DNA of 64,000 bases from Verrucomicrobiales bacterium (GTDB lineage Bacteria; Verrucomicrobiota; Verrucomicrobiia; Verrucomicrobiales; DEV007): NCBI GenBank assembly GCA_029233965.1, contig JARGOP010000012.1, positions 30,779 to 94,778 on the forward strand. Direction: 5' to 3'. Position 1 is the first letter of the stretch. Every line of letters begins with the position of its first letter. Shown here one piece after another: positions 18,767 to 26,632 of this stretch. Under the pieces are notes generated by a model, which saw nothing but the letters and a program-made list of their open reading frames with translations, was not told the origin of the DNA and searched no databases. A program made the position numbers and the translations under genes.

Positions 18767-18794
18767 CTTGACATCGGGCGTGAGATCACCATTT
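18767..18794 (+). promoter_or_regulatory. Candidate sigma-32 (RpoH)-type heat-shock promoter upstream of htpG
   Basis: CTTGACA (18767..18773), a 13-nt spacer, then CACCATTT (18787..18794). Compare the proteobacterial consensus CTTGAAA-N13/14-CCCCATNT. It lies about 30 nt upstream of the htpG ATG. Confidence 0.3.
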
Positions 18795-18825
18795 TCCCAC
18801 CTCTCAATTTAATTCTCAAAAACCG

Positions 18826-20691
18826 ATGTCATCTACAACAGCACCCGAAAAACGTGAGTTCCAGGCAGAGGTCAGCCAGGTTCTCGATATTGTCATTAAC
18901 TCGCTCTACACGGACAAAGAGATCTTTGTTCGCGAGCTCGTTTCCAACGCGTCCGATGCCCTCGAGAAGCTCCGGCATACGCAACTGACTGAGAATGAAA
19001 TCCACCAACCGGATTTAGAGCTGAATATCACGATCGCGGTCGATAAGGAGGCGAAGACGATCACGATCGCCGACCACGGCCTCGGCATGACGCGCGACGA
19101 ACTGCACGAAAATCTCGGCACGATCGCTCACTCCGGTTCGAAGGCCTTTATGAAGGCTCTCGAAGAGTCAAAGCAGAAGGAAAGCTCACTTATCGGTCAG
19201 TTTGGGGTCGGCTTTTACTCCGCCTTCATGGTTGCTGATGAGGTCGTCGTCCGTACCCGGTCATGGCGGACGGATGGTGAAAGCCTCGTCTGGACCAGCG
19301 ACGGAAAAACCGGCTACGAGATCGAAGATTCCGAAGAGGAAATCGAGCGGGGATCGCAGATCATTCTCAAGCTTCGTGAAGAGTGCGAAGAGTTCGCCGA
19401 AGACGGTCGCATCAAGCAGATCCTCGAAAACTACTCCAGCTTCGTTTCCTTTCCGATCCTCATGGGTGAGGATCGGATCAACACCGTCGAGGCGATCTGG
19501 CGGAAAAAGAAATCCGAGGTCACCGAGGAGGAATACAACGAGTTCTATAAATTCACCGCCAAGGCCTTCGATGAGCCGCGTTACCGCATGCACTTCAGTG
19601 CGGACATGCCGATCGAAATCAATGCCCTTCTCTTTGCTCCGACTGAGAACACCGAACTTTTCGGGATGGGTCAAATGGAAGCAGGCGTTTCGCTCTACTG
19701 CAAAAACGTGCTCATCGACGACAAGCCGGAAGGACTTCTCCCGGAGTGGCTTCGCTTTCTCCGCGGGGTCATCGACAGCGCCGATATTCCGCTGAATATC
19801 AGTCGTGAGTCGATGCAGGACAGCAGCCTCGTTCGCAAGCTCAACCGCGTCGTCACGAAGCGTTTCCTCAAGTTTCTCGATGGAGAGGCCAAAGATGATG
19901 CCGGGAAATACAAAGAGTTTTACGGCAAGTTCAGTCGCTTCCTGAAAGAGGGGATCGTCGTCGATTTTGACCATCGTGAGCCTCTCGCCAAGTTGCTTCG
20001 ATTTGAGAGTTCGATGACTGAGAAGGGCGAGCTGACTTCCTTCGAGGAGTACCTGACCCGGGCCAAAGACGGGCAGGAAAAGATCTACTACCTCTCCGGA
20101 ACGGATCGCGCCGCCGTCGAAGCGGGCCCCTACCTCGAGGCCCTGAAATCCCGCGGTCTCGAAGTGATCTTTTTCACCGACACCATCGATGAATATCTGC
20201 TTCAGCACCTCCGTGAATTCGATGGCAAGTCTCTCGTTTCCGCTGCCAGTGCCGGGCTCGAGCTTGAAGATGACGACAGCATTGAACAGGCCGGTGAAGC
20301 GCTTCCGGAAGAAACGGTGAAGTCACTCTGTGAATTCCTGAAAGAGCAACTCGGTGAATCTGTCGGGAAAGTGGAATCCGGGAAGCGTCTCGTCAGCAGT
20401 CCGGTGGCGGTTCTGACTCCGGAGCACGGTATGGCTCCCCAGATGCGTCAGATGATGCAGGCGATGAACCCCGATGAGCCGCTTCCTCCGATTCAGGTGG
20501 AGATGGAGATCAATCCGCATCACCCGCTTATTCATTCGCTCGCTGCGGCACAGGAGTCGAATCCAGAGCTGGCAAAGTTGGTAGCCGGTCAGCTCTTCGA
20601 TCAGGCGCTTCTCGCAGCGGGTCTTCTTGAGGACCGGACCAGCCTCGTGAATCGCGGTTTCCAGCTCATGGAGGAGGCGCTGAAAAAATAA
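18826..20691 (+). CDS. htpG: Molecular chaperone HtpG (Hsp90)
   Basis: FQAEVSQVLDIVINSLYTDKEIFVRELVSNASDALEKLR GHKL ATPase N-terminus. 621 aa, collinear with HtpG throughout. Confidence 0.95.
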   Translation: MSSTTAPEKREFQAEVSQVLDIVINSLYTDKEIFVRELVSNASDALEKLRHTQLTENEIHQPDLELNITIAVDKEAKTITIADHGLGMTRDELHENLGTIAHSGSKAFMKALEESKQKESSLIGQFGVGFYSAFMVADEVVVRTRSWRTDGESLVWTSDGKTGYEIEDSEEEIERGSQIILKLREECEEFAEDGRIKQILENYSSFVSFPILMGEDRINTVEAIWRKKKSEVTEEEYNEFYKFTAKAFDEPRYRMHFSADMPIEINALLFAPTENTELFGMGQMEAGVSLYCKNVLIDDKPEGLLPEWLRFLRGVIDSADIPLNISRESMQDSSLVRKLNRVVTKRFLKFLDGEAKDDAGKYKEFYGKFSRFLKEGIVVDFDHREPLAKLLRFESSMTEKGELTSFEEYLTRAKDGQEKIYYLSGTDRAAVEAGPYLEALKSRGLEVIFFTDTIDEYLLQHLREFDGKSLVSAASAGLELEDDDSIEQAGEALPEETVKSLCEFLKEQLGESVGKVESGKRLVSSPVAVLTPEHGMAPQMRQMMQAMNPDEPLPPIQVEMEINPHHPLIHSLAAAQESNPELAKLVAGQLFDQALLAAGLLEDRTSLVNRGFQLMEEALKK

Positions 20692-20782
20692 CGATCTTTT
20701 TTTGAAACCATTGGGACCGGTCGGCGTTCACTCATCCACGGGAGAGCAGATTCTTCCGACCAATTAAACCCAATTTAAATTC

Positions 20783-21157
20783 ATGAAAAAAATCTTCATT
20801 CTCGCGACCGTCATCATTTCCGGTCTCGCTTTCAGCCTGCAAGCCGAAGAAGGCGACAAGGGTAAAGGAAAAGGCAAGGGAGACATGGATCCGGCCAAGC
20901 GCGCCGAAGCCATGATCAAGAAGCTCGATACCGATGGTAACGGCACGGTTTCCAAAGCTGAGTTCGCGGCCGGCCCGATGGCAGAAAAAATGAAAGCCAA
21001 AGAGGGCATGCTCGACAAGGTCTTCGCAGCGCGTGACACCAATAAAGACGGTGAGCTCGACCAGGCTGAACTCGCCAAGCCCGGTCCCGGCGGCAAGGGC
21101 AAAGGTCCCAAAGGCGGTGACGGCAAAGGGAAAAAAGGCAAAAAAGACGCTGAGTAA
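20783..21157 (+). CDS. Secreted EF-hand calcium-binding protein with Lys/Gly-rich flanks
   Basis: Signal peptide MKKIFILATVIISGLAFSLQA. Two canonical EF loops, DTDGNGTVSKAEF and DTNKDGELDQAEL. KGKGKGKG and GGKGKGPKGGDGKGKKGKK tracts. Confidence 0.7.
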   Translation: MKKIFILATVIISGLAFSLQAEEGDKGKGKGKGDMDPAKRAEAMIKKLDTDGNGTVSKAEFAAGPMAEKMKAKEGMLDKVFAARDTNKDGELDQAELAKPGPGGKGKGPKGGDGKGKKGKKDAE

Positions 21158-21181
21158 TCCTGAGTCTCAATCAATCGACAA

Positions 21182-21217
21182 AGCCTGCTGATGCGAGAGC
21201 GTCAGCAGGCTTTTTTG
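21182..21217 (+). terminator. Rho-independent terminator
   Basis: A perfect 10-bp stem, AGCCTGCTGA (21182..21191) with TCAGCAGGCT (21202..21211), followed by TTTTTT. It lies 25 nt after the EF-hand gene stop. Confidence 0.75.
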
Positions 21218-21311
21218 TTCCTGATGAAGAAGAGATTCGATCAGGTGACTGTCGGATGATGAGCAGGTTCCTCGGATCGCAGTCGACCATGTTCAGTGAA
21301 TGCCGGGCCTT

Positions 21312-22208
21312 TCAGATCGTTTTCAGAATCTCACGTATCGATGCCTCCGCGCTGGATGCATAGCTTCCTCCGAAAAGAGTAAAGTGATTCAGGAGATGAT
21401 AGAGATTGTAAATCGTTTCCCGAACCGGTTCGGGTGCCGGATTGATTTCCCGATAGGCCTCGTAAAAGGCCGCTGAGAACCCTCCGAACATGCGGGTGAA
21501 GGCGAGGTCGGTTTCGCGATCTCCATAGTAGCTCGCCGGATCGAAAATCACCGGTTCGTCATTCTCAAGAAAGCCGACGTTTCCACCCCAGAGATCGCCG
21601 TGGAGGAGAGAGGGAGAGATCGAAAGACTCCGCAGATGCGAATGGATTGCGGTAAGAACGGCATCCTCCTGATCAAAGCGCTTTCCCCGTTTTTCAGCGA
21701 AGCGGAACTGGGGCGTGAGCCGCTCGGTAATGAAGAAATCGGCCCAGTCTTCGTGCCGATGATTCGACTGTGGCGTGGCGCCAATGTAGTTGTTAAAGGA
21801 TGCCCCGAAAAAGCGGGTATCGGTAGAGTGCGAGTGCAGAGCCGCCAGCTTTTTCCCCAGCGAACGCTGCGCCGCTCCGGAAGCACGCGACGACATCTTC
21901 AATCCCTCCATCGCGAGGAATGCCTTTTCTCTGCCGGACCCGCTCAGGATGGGCCCGGGGACACGGATTGTGTTCGTCGACCGGAGAAGGTTCAACGACT
22001 TCTCCTCCGCGGCAAAGAGCGGAAGCGTTTCAGCGGTATCCTGTTTCAGAAAGAGGAGCCCGCCGTCCTCCTTATCGACGAGCAGAGCTTCGTGGATGCA
22101 GCCTCCGCCTACGGAACGGGCCGTTTCCGGAAGGATGGCCGAGTCCACGTGTTTCTCTAACACTTGAATAATTTCATCCGGAATCATCACGGATTCCCTT
22201 TCCGCCAC
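21312..22208 (-). CDS. Fructosamine/ketosamine-3-kinase family protein
   Basis: Aminoglycoside-kinase-like fold with the LLHGDLWGGN catalytic motif and DPASYYGDRE. An alternative in-frame ATG at 22187 forms a TGATG junction with the upstream gene's stop. Confidence 0.85.
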   Translation of the reverse strand: MAERESVMIPDEIIQVLEKHVDSAILPETARSVGGGCIHEALLVDKEDGGLLFLKQDTAETLPLFAAEEKSLNLLRSTNTIRVPGPILSGSGREKAFLAMEGLKMSSRASGAAQRSLGKKLAALHSHSTDTRFFGASFNNYIGATPQSNHRHEDWADFFITERLTPQFRFAEKRGKRFDQEDAVLTAIHSHLRSLSISPSLLHGDLWGGNVGFLENDEPVIFDPASYYGDRETDLAFTRMFGGFSAAFYEAYREINPAPEPVRETIYNLYHLLNHFTLFGGSYASSAEASIREILKTI

Positions 22209-22672
22209 TCGCGCAGGAATGCCGCACAGCCGTCTTCGAGGAGGTCGAGGACTTTCTCAAACCCCTCCGGACCGCCGTAGTAGGGATCGGGCACTTCATC
22301 CTCGTCGTGCTCTTCGCAGAGTTCGCAAAAAAGCCGGAGCTTCGCGGTGGGATTTCCGCACTGACTCCTGACCTCGAGAAGGTCCTCATAGTTCGATCGG
22401 TCCATCGCAAAAATATGGTCGAAGGTCGCAAAGTCTTCGGGTTGAACCTGGCGTGCGCGCCCCGTCATCGTGATGCCTCTTGCCCGCGCTGCTGCTGTCA
22501 TGCGGGAGTCGGGGGATTTTCCGATGTGCCATCCTGCCGTTCCCGCTGAATCAAGTTCAAAAAAATCAGTGAGGCCTTCCTCCCGGATGAGGTGACGCAT
22601 CACGTTCTCGCCGGAAGGAGATCGACAAATGTTGCCGAGGCATACGAAGAGGAGTCGGGTCGGGGAAGCCAT
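22187..22672 (-). CDS. Low-molecular-weight protein-tyrosine phosphatase
   Basis: Active-site loop LFVCLGNICRSP (C-X5-R-S) at the N-terminus and a DPYYG Asp loop. 161 aa. Confidence 0.9.
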   Translation of the reverse strand: MASPTRLLFVCLGNICRSPSGENVMRHLIREEGLTDFFELDSAGTAGWHIGKSPDSRMTAAARARGITMTGRARQVQPEDFATFDHIFAMDRSNYEDLLEVRSQCGNPTAKLRLFCELCEEHDEDEVPDPYYGGPEGFEKVLDLLEDGCAAFLREWRKGNP

Positions 22673-22681
22673 GAGGCGACA

Positions 22682-23692
22682 TTACCGCTCGACTTCAGTC
22701 CCTTCCAGAAAAGGTTTCCCTGCACTCAGTTGGATCAGGTTTTTGCAGGTCACCCGGGCGATTTCGCTGAGAGCTTCCTCGGTGAGAAAGCCCTGGTGGG
22801 AGGTGATGAGAACATTGTTAAACGTGAGGAGGCGCGCAAGCTCGTCGTCGTGAAGAACATCATGCGAAAGGTCCTCAAAGAAGACGCCTTCTTCGATTTC
22901 GTAGACATCGAGCGCGACACCGCGGAGCTGCTTGTCTTTGAGCGCCTGAATGAGAGCGGTCGTGTTGATCAGTTTTCCCCGGCTCGTATTGATAAGGCAG
23001 GGTGCCTTTTTCATTGACCTGAGCTCCTCTTCATCGATGAGATGATGTGTCTCCGGGGTCAGCGGAGTGTGCAGGGAGATGACATCGCTTTCTGCGTAAA
23101 TCTCCTCCAGCGACGCATAGCGGATGCCATCTTCTGCCGCCCATTTTTCGTCGGGATAGAGATCGTAAGCGAGGACCTCCGTGCCGAAACCACGGAAAAT
23201 CCGGGCGGTGAGTTTTCCAATTTTACCGGTTCCGATGATGCCGACGGTCTTCCCGTAAACGTCGAATCCGACAAGCCCGTTCAGCGAAAAATTCAGTTCG
23301 CGAACGCGATTGTAGGATCGGTGGATACGGCGGTTCAGTGTCAGAAACAGAGTGATGGCATGCTCCGCGACCGCATGAGGAGAGTAAGCGGGGACACGAG
23401 TGACGGAGATTCCGAGTTCCGCAGCGGCGTCGAGATCGACATTATTGAATCCTGCGCATCTGAGGGCAACGAGACGGACTCCGTTTTCTGAGAGTAGTTC
23501 GAGGCAGGCCCGGTTCACGTTGTCATTGACGAAGACGCACACCGCTTGATTGTCCTGTGCGGTAATGGCGGTCGATTCGTTGAGACGAAAAGCATGAAAC
23601 GTAAAATCAAGTTCTCCACTGCGGTTCTGCCGGGTGAAAAACTCCTCGTCGTAAGGCTTGGCATCGTAGAAAGCGACTTTCATACTCTTCAT
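22682..23692 (-). CDS. ldhA: D-lactate / D-2-hydroxyacid dehydrogenase
   Basis: MKVAFYDAKPYDEEFF N-terminus, NAD motif GIIGTGKIG, and catalytic-region LHTPLTPETHHLI plus TSHQGFLT. The ORF track extends to 23806, but homologous sequence begins at ATG 23692 or 23683. Confidence 0.85.
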   Translation of the reverse strand: MKSMKVAFYDAKPYDEEFFTRQNRSGELDFTFHAFRLNESTAITAQDNQAVCVFVNDNVNRACLELLSENGVRLVALRCAGFNNVDLDAAAELGISVTRVPAYSPHAVAEHAITLFLTLNRRIHRSYNRVRELNFSLNGLVGFDVYGKTVGIIGTGKIGKLTARIFRGFGTEVLAYDLYPDEKWAAEDGIRYASLEEIYAESDVISLHTPLTPETHHLIDEEELRSMKKAPCLINTSRGKLINTTALIQALKDKQLRGVALDVYEIEEGVFFEDLSHDVLHDDELARLLTFNNVLITSHQGFLTEEALSEIARVTCKNLIQLSAGKPFLEGTEVER

Positions 23693-23753
23693 TACGTAAG
23701 TCGCGTCAGCAGTCGCTGCATGCAACGTTTTCTCAAAGAATCCCTCGAAATCC

Positions 23754-25094
23754 ATGTCTTCTCTTTTTAATCGTCGCCATTTTCTTGGAACTGCAGCCGG
23801 TGCCACGGCGCTGGCAGGTGTCTCACTCGCTCCCTGGGTCAGGGCCCAGTCGAAATCCGGCAGGAAGTATAAAACTGCACTGATCGGTTCCGGCTGGTGG
23901 GGAATGAATATTCTCCGTGTCGCGATCGAGGACGGCAGTTGCGATGTCGTTGCTCTTTGTGATGTCGATGCCGACGAGCTCGAGGTTTCGGCTGATGAAG
24001 TCGATGGCCTGACCGGGAAGTTTCCGAATATGTACCGCGACTACCGTGAGATGCTCGAAAAGGAGGAGCTTGAGATTGTTATCATTTCGACCCCCGATCA
24101 CTGGCATGCGCTCCAGGGGATCGCCTGCGTTGAGGCCGGAGCTCATGTCTTTGTCGAAAAGCCCACCGGGCACACCATCGGTGAAAGCCGTGCGCTTGTG
24201 GAAGCGGCGAAAGCTGCCGACCGCGTGGTCCAGGTCGGGATGCATCGGCGCATCGGGCCTCACCACGTCAGCGGGATGAAATTTCTCAAAGAAGGCGGAG
24301 CCGGAAATATCGGTATGATCCGCGCTTTTGCCCATGGCGGGGGCGGCTTCGAACAGCCCACTCCGAACGAACCGGTGCCGGATAATCTCGACTGGGATCT
24401 CTACTGCGGCCCCGCGCCGATGCGGCCCTTCAACAAGCGGATTCATCCGGGAGGTTTTCGGAATTTTCTCGATTTCGCGAACGGAACCCTTGGCGACTGG
24501 GGGGTTCACTGGCTCGATCAAATCCTCTGGTGGACCGATGAAAAGCAACCGAAGCGGGTCTACTCCCACGGAGGGCGTCCCGTGAAAGGGGAGGCGATTC
24601 TGAACGAGAAGGAGCAAACCAGCGATGCCCCCGATCATCAGGTCGCGACCTACGAATTCGAAAACTTCACCGCGGTTTGGGAGCATCGTCGTTTTGGCGG
24701 GAACGACGCCGAGAAGTCCAGGGTGGGCTGCTACTTTTACGGAGACAAAGGCACCTTCCACATGGGTTGGCGCGATGGCTGGACCTTTTACCCCGCAAAA
24801 GGCGGAACCCCGATTCACGAGGATCCGAGGTTTGATAACGAAAAAGACGGTCACAATGTCCCGCCACTCTGGCGCGATTTCATCGAGTGTATCGAAGACC
24901 GCTCCCGTCGTCCTGTCGCGGATGCAGAGATTGGGCACTTAGCCACGAACATGAGCCTTCTCGGCATGATCAGTTACAAGGTCGGCCGCAGCATCGAATG
25001 GGATGGAGAAAATGAAACCATTCCCGGAGACGCCGAGGCGGCGGCACTCCTCACCCGCGATTACCGCGGTCCCTGGGAATATCCGACTGTCTAA
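23754..25094 (+). CDS. Gfo/Idh/MocA-family NAD-dependent oxidoreductase with twin-arginine signal
   Basis: TAT leader NRRHFLGTAAGATALAG, Rossmann start KTALIGSGWWG and the family motif VFVEKP. 446 aa. Confidence 0.85.
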   Translation: MSSLFNRRHFLGTAAGATALAGVSLAPWVRAQSKSGRKYKTALIGSGWWGMNILRVAIEDGSCDVVALCDVDADELEVSADEVDGLTGKFPNMYRDYREMLEKEELEIVIISTPDHWHALQGIACVEAGAHVFVEKPTGHTIGESRALVEAAKAADRVVQVGMHRRIGPHHVSGMKFLKEGGAGNIGMIRAFAHGGGGFEQPTPNEPVPDNLDWDLYCGPAPMRPFNKRIHPGGFRNFLDFANGTLGDWGVHWLDQILWWTDEKQPKRVYSHGGRPVKGEAILNEKEQTSDAPDHQVATYEFENFTAVWEHRRFGGNDAEKSRVGCYFYGDKGTFHMGWRDGWTFYPAKGGTPIHEDPRFDNEKDGHNVPPLWRDFIECIEDRSRRPVADAEIGHLATNMSLLGMISYKVGRSIEWDGENETIPGDAEAAALLTRDYRGPWEYPTV

Positions 25095-25097
25095 ATA

Positions 25098-26540
25098 ATG
25101 AAACGAATCTTTTTCCTACTACTGCTGATTGTGCTCAGCCCCCAGCTCCGGGCTGAGGAGCGTCCCCTGAATTTCATTCTCGTCCTTGTCGATGACATGG
25201 GTTGGATGGATCTCTCCTGCCAGGGGAGTGACTTTTACGAAACGCCGAACATTGATCGTCTCGCGACCGGGGGAATGCGATTTACCAACGGTTACGCTGC
25301 CTGCGCGGTCTGCTCTCCGACGCGCGCTGCGGTGCAGACAGGGCGGCATCCACACCGTCTCGGCGTGACTGACTGGATTCGTTCCCGTTTCCAGCGCGGC
25401 GGGCTCGGAACACCCGACGCGAATCCAACGGAATATGTCGGTTCCCCGAAACAAAAACTTCTCTGCCCGCCCAATCCGTTCTGGATGGAACACTCCGAAG
25501 TTACCCTTGCCGAAATGTTGAAGGAGAACGGATATGAGACTGCCTACATTGGGAAATGGCACCTCGGCGATCCTGAGTGGTATCCTGAATCTCAGGGGTT
25601 TGCCGTCAATCGGGGTGGTTGTGATTACGGTCAACCTCCTTCCTTCTTCGATCCGTTCAACCAGCCGAAAGGGAAACACGAATCCCTCCGCGAGGGAATC
25701 TACAAGTTGCCCGGTCGAAAGCCCGGCGAGTATCTGACTCATCGCGAGGCGGATGAAGCCGTCGATTTAATCGCCAAGTGGAAGGACAAACCTTTCTTCA
25801 TCCAGCTCTCCCACTACGCCGTGCATACGCCGATTCAGGCGATCGGGGAAGTGGCGGCCAAATATGAAACGAAGCCCGGCAAAACGCAGCAGAATGCCAA
25901 ATACGCCGCTATGGTCGAGTCGGTCGATGACGCCATGGAGGCAATGCTCGCGGCGCTGCAAGAACAGGGAATTGACGACCGAACCGTGATTCTTTTCACG
26001 AGCGATAATGGAGGCCTCGATCGCGACAGTTCGCCGACGGATAACGCGCCGCTTCGCAGCGGAAAGGGCTATGCCTATGAAGGCGGCATCCGGGTTCCTT
26101 TCCTCATGCGCCTTCCGGGAGTGATTCCTGCGGGAAAAATCAGTGATCTTCCCGTGACCTCAGTCGACATCTTTCCAACCTTCCTCGAAATGGCCGGCGT
26201 TCCTCTTCCTTCGGATCGCTCCATCGACGGGAAGTCGCTTTTCGATCATCTCAAAAGCGGCGGCGGGGCACAGTTGGGTCGTGAGGAACTCATCTGGCAC
26301 TTTCCTCACTATCGCCACGACCCGGGGCCGTATTCCATCGTGCGAAAAGGGGATTGGAAGCTGATCAAATTCTGGGAGGGGATCTACGAACTGTATGATT
26401 TGAAAAACGACCTTTCCGAATCCACGAATCTCGCCGCTGAAATGCCGGAGAAAGTGAAAGAACTGGAAACAATTCTTTTGAAGCAGCTGGAAGAAACAGA
26501 GGCAAAACTTCCGCGCGAAAACCCCGCTTTTAAAGGCTGA
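25098..26540 (+). CDS. Sulfatase (Cys-type, formylglycine-dependent)
   Basis: Signal peptide, LVDDMGW and the CSPTRAAVQTGR sulfatase signature. Starts 3 bp after the preceding gene. Confidence 0.9.
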   Translation: MKRIFFLLLLIVLSPQLRAEERPLNFILVLVDDMGWMDLSCQGSDFYETPNIDRLATGGMRFTNGYAACAVCSPTRAAVQTGRHPHRLGVTDWIRSRFQRGGLGTPDANPTEYVGSPKQKLLCPPNPFWMEHSEVTLAEMLKENGYETAYIGKWHLGDPEWYPESQGFAVNRGGCDYGQPPSFFDPFNQPKGKHESLREGIYKLPGRKPGEYLTHREADEAVDLIAKWKDKPFFIQLSHYAVHTPIQAIGEVAAKYETKPGKTQQNAKYAAMVESVDDAMEAMLAALQEQGIDDRTVILFTSDNGGLDRDSSPTDNAPLRSGKGYAYEGGIRVPFLMRLPGVIPAGKISDLPVTSVDIFPTFLEMAGVPLPSDRSIDGKSLFDHLKSGGGAQLGREELIWHFPHYRHDPGPYSIVRKGDWKLIKFWEGIYELYDLKNDLSESTNLAAEMPEKVKELETILLKQLEETEAKLPRENPAFKG

Positions 26541-26632
26541 TTTGTATTGCGCCCTTTGCAGCTTTTGCGTTTGCTCAGGTCCCGCTAACCTTCTCATTCC
26601 TCCTTCCGGAGAAAATCTGAATTTGTTGAACG

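Noticed and set aside
20840-21150. Short tandem AAG/GGC repeats that might suggest a repeat array
   Set aside because: They are in-frame Lys-Gly codon repeats inside the EF-hand protein gene. They are not a CRISPR or satellite array, and no spacer/repeat periodicity was seen anywhere in the window.
23823-24938. 371-aa minus-strand ORF inside the Gfo/Idh/MocA gene
   Set aside because: Shadow ORF. The plus-strand product has a TAT leader, a Rossmann motif and family motifs.
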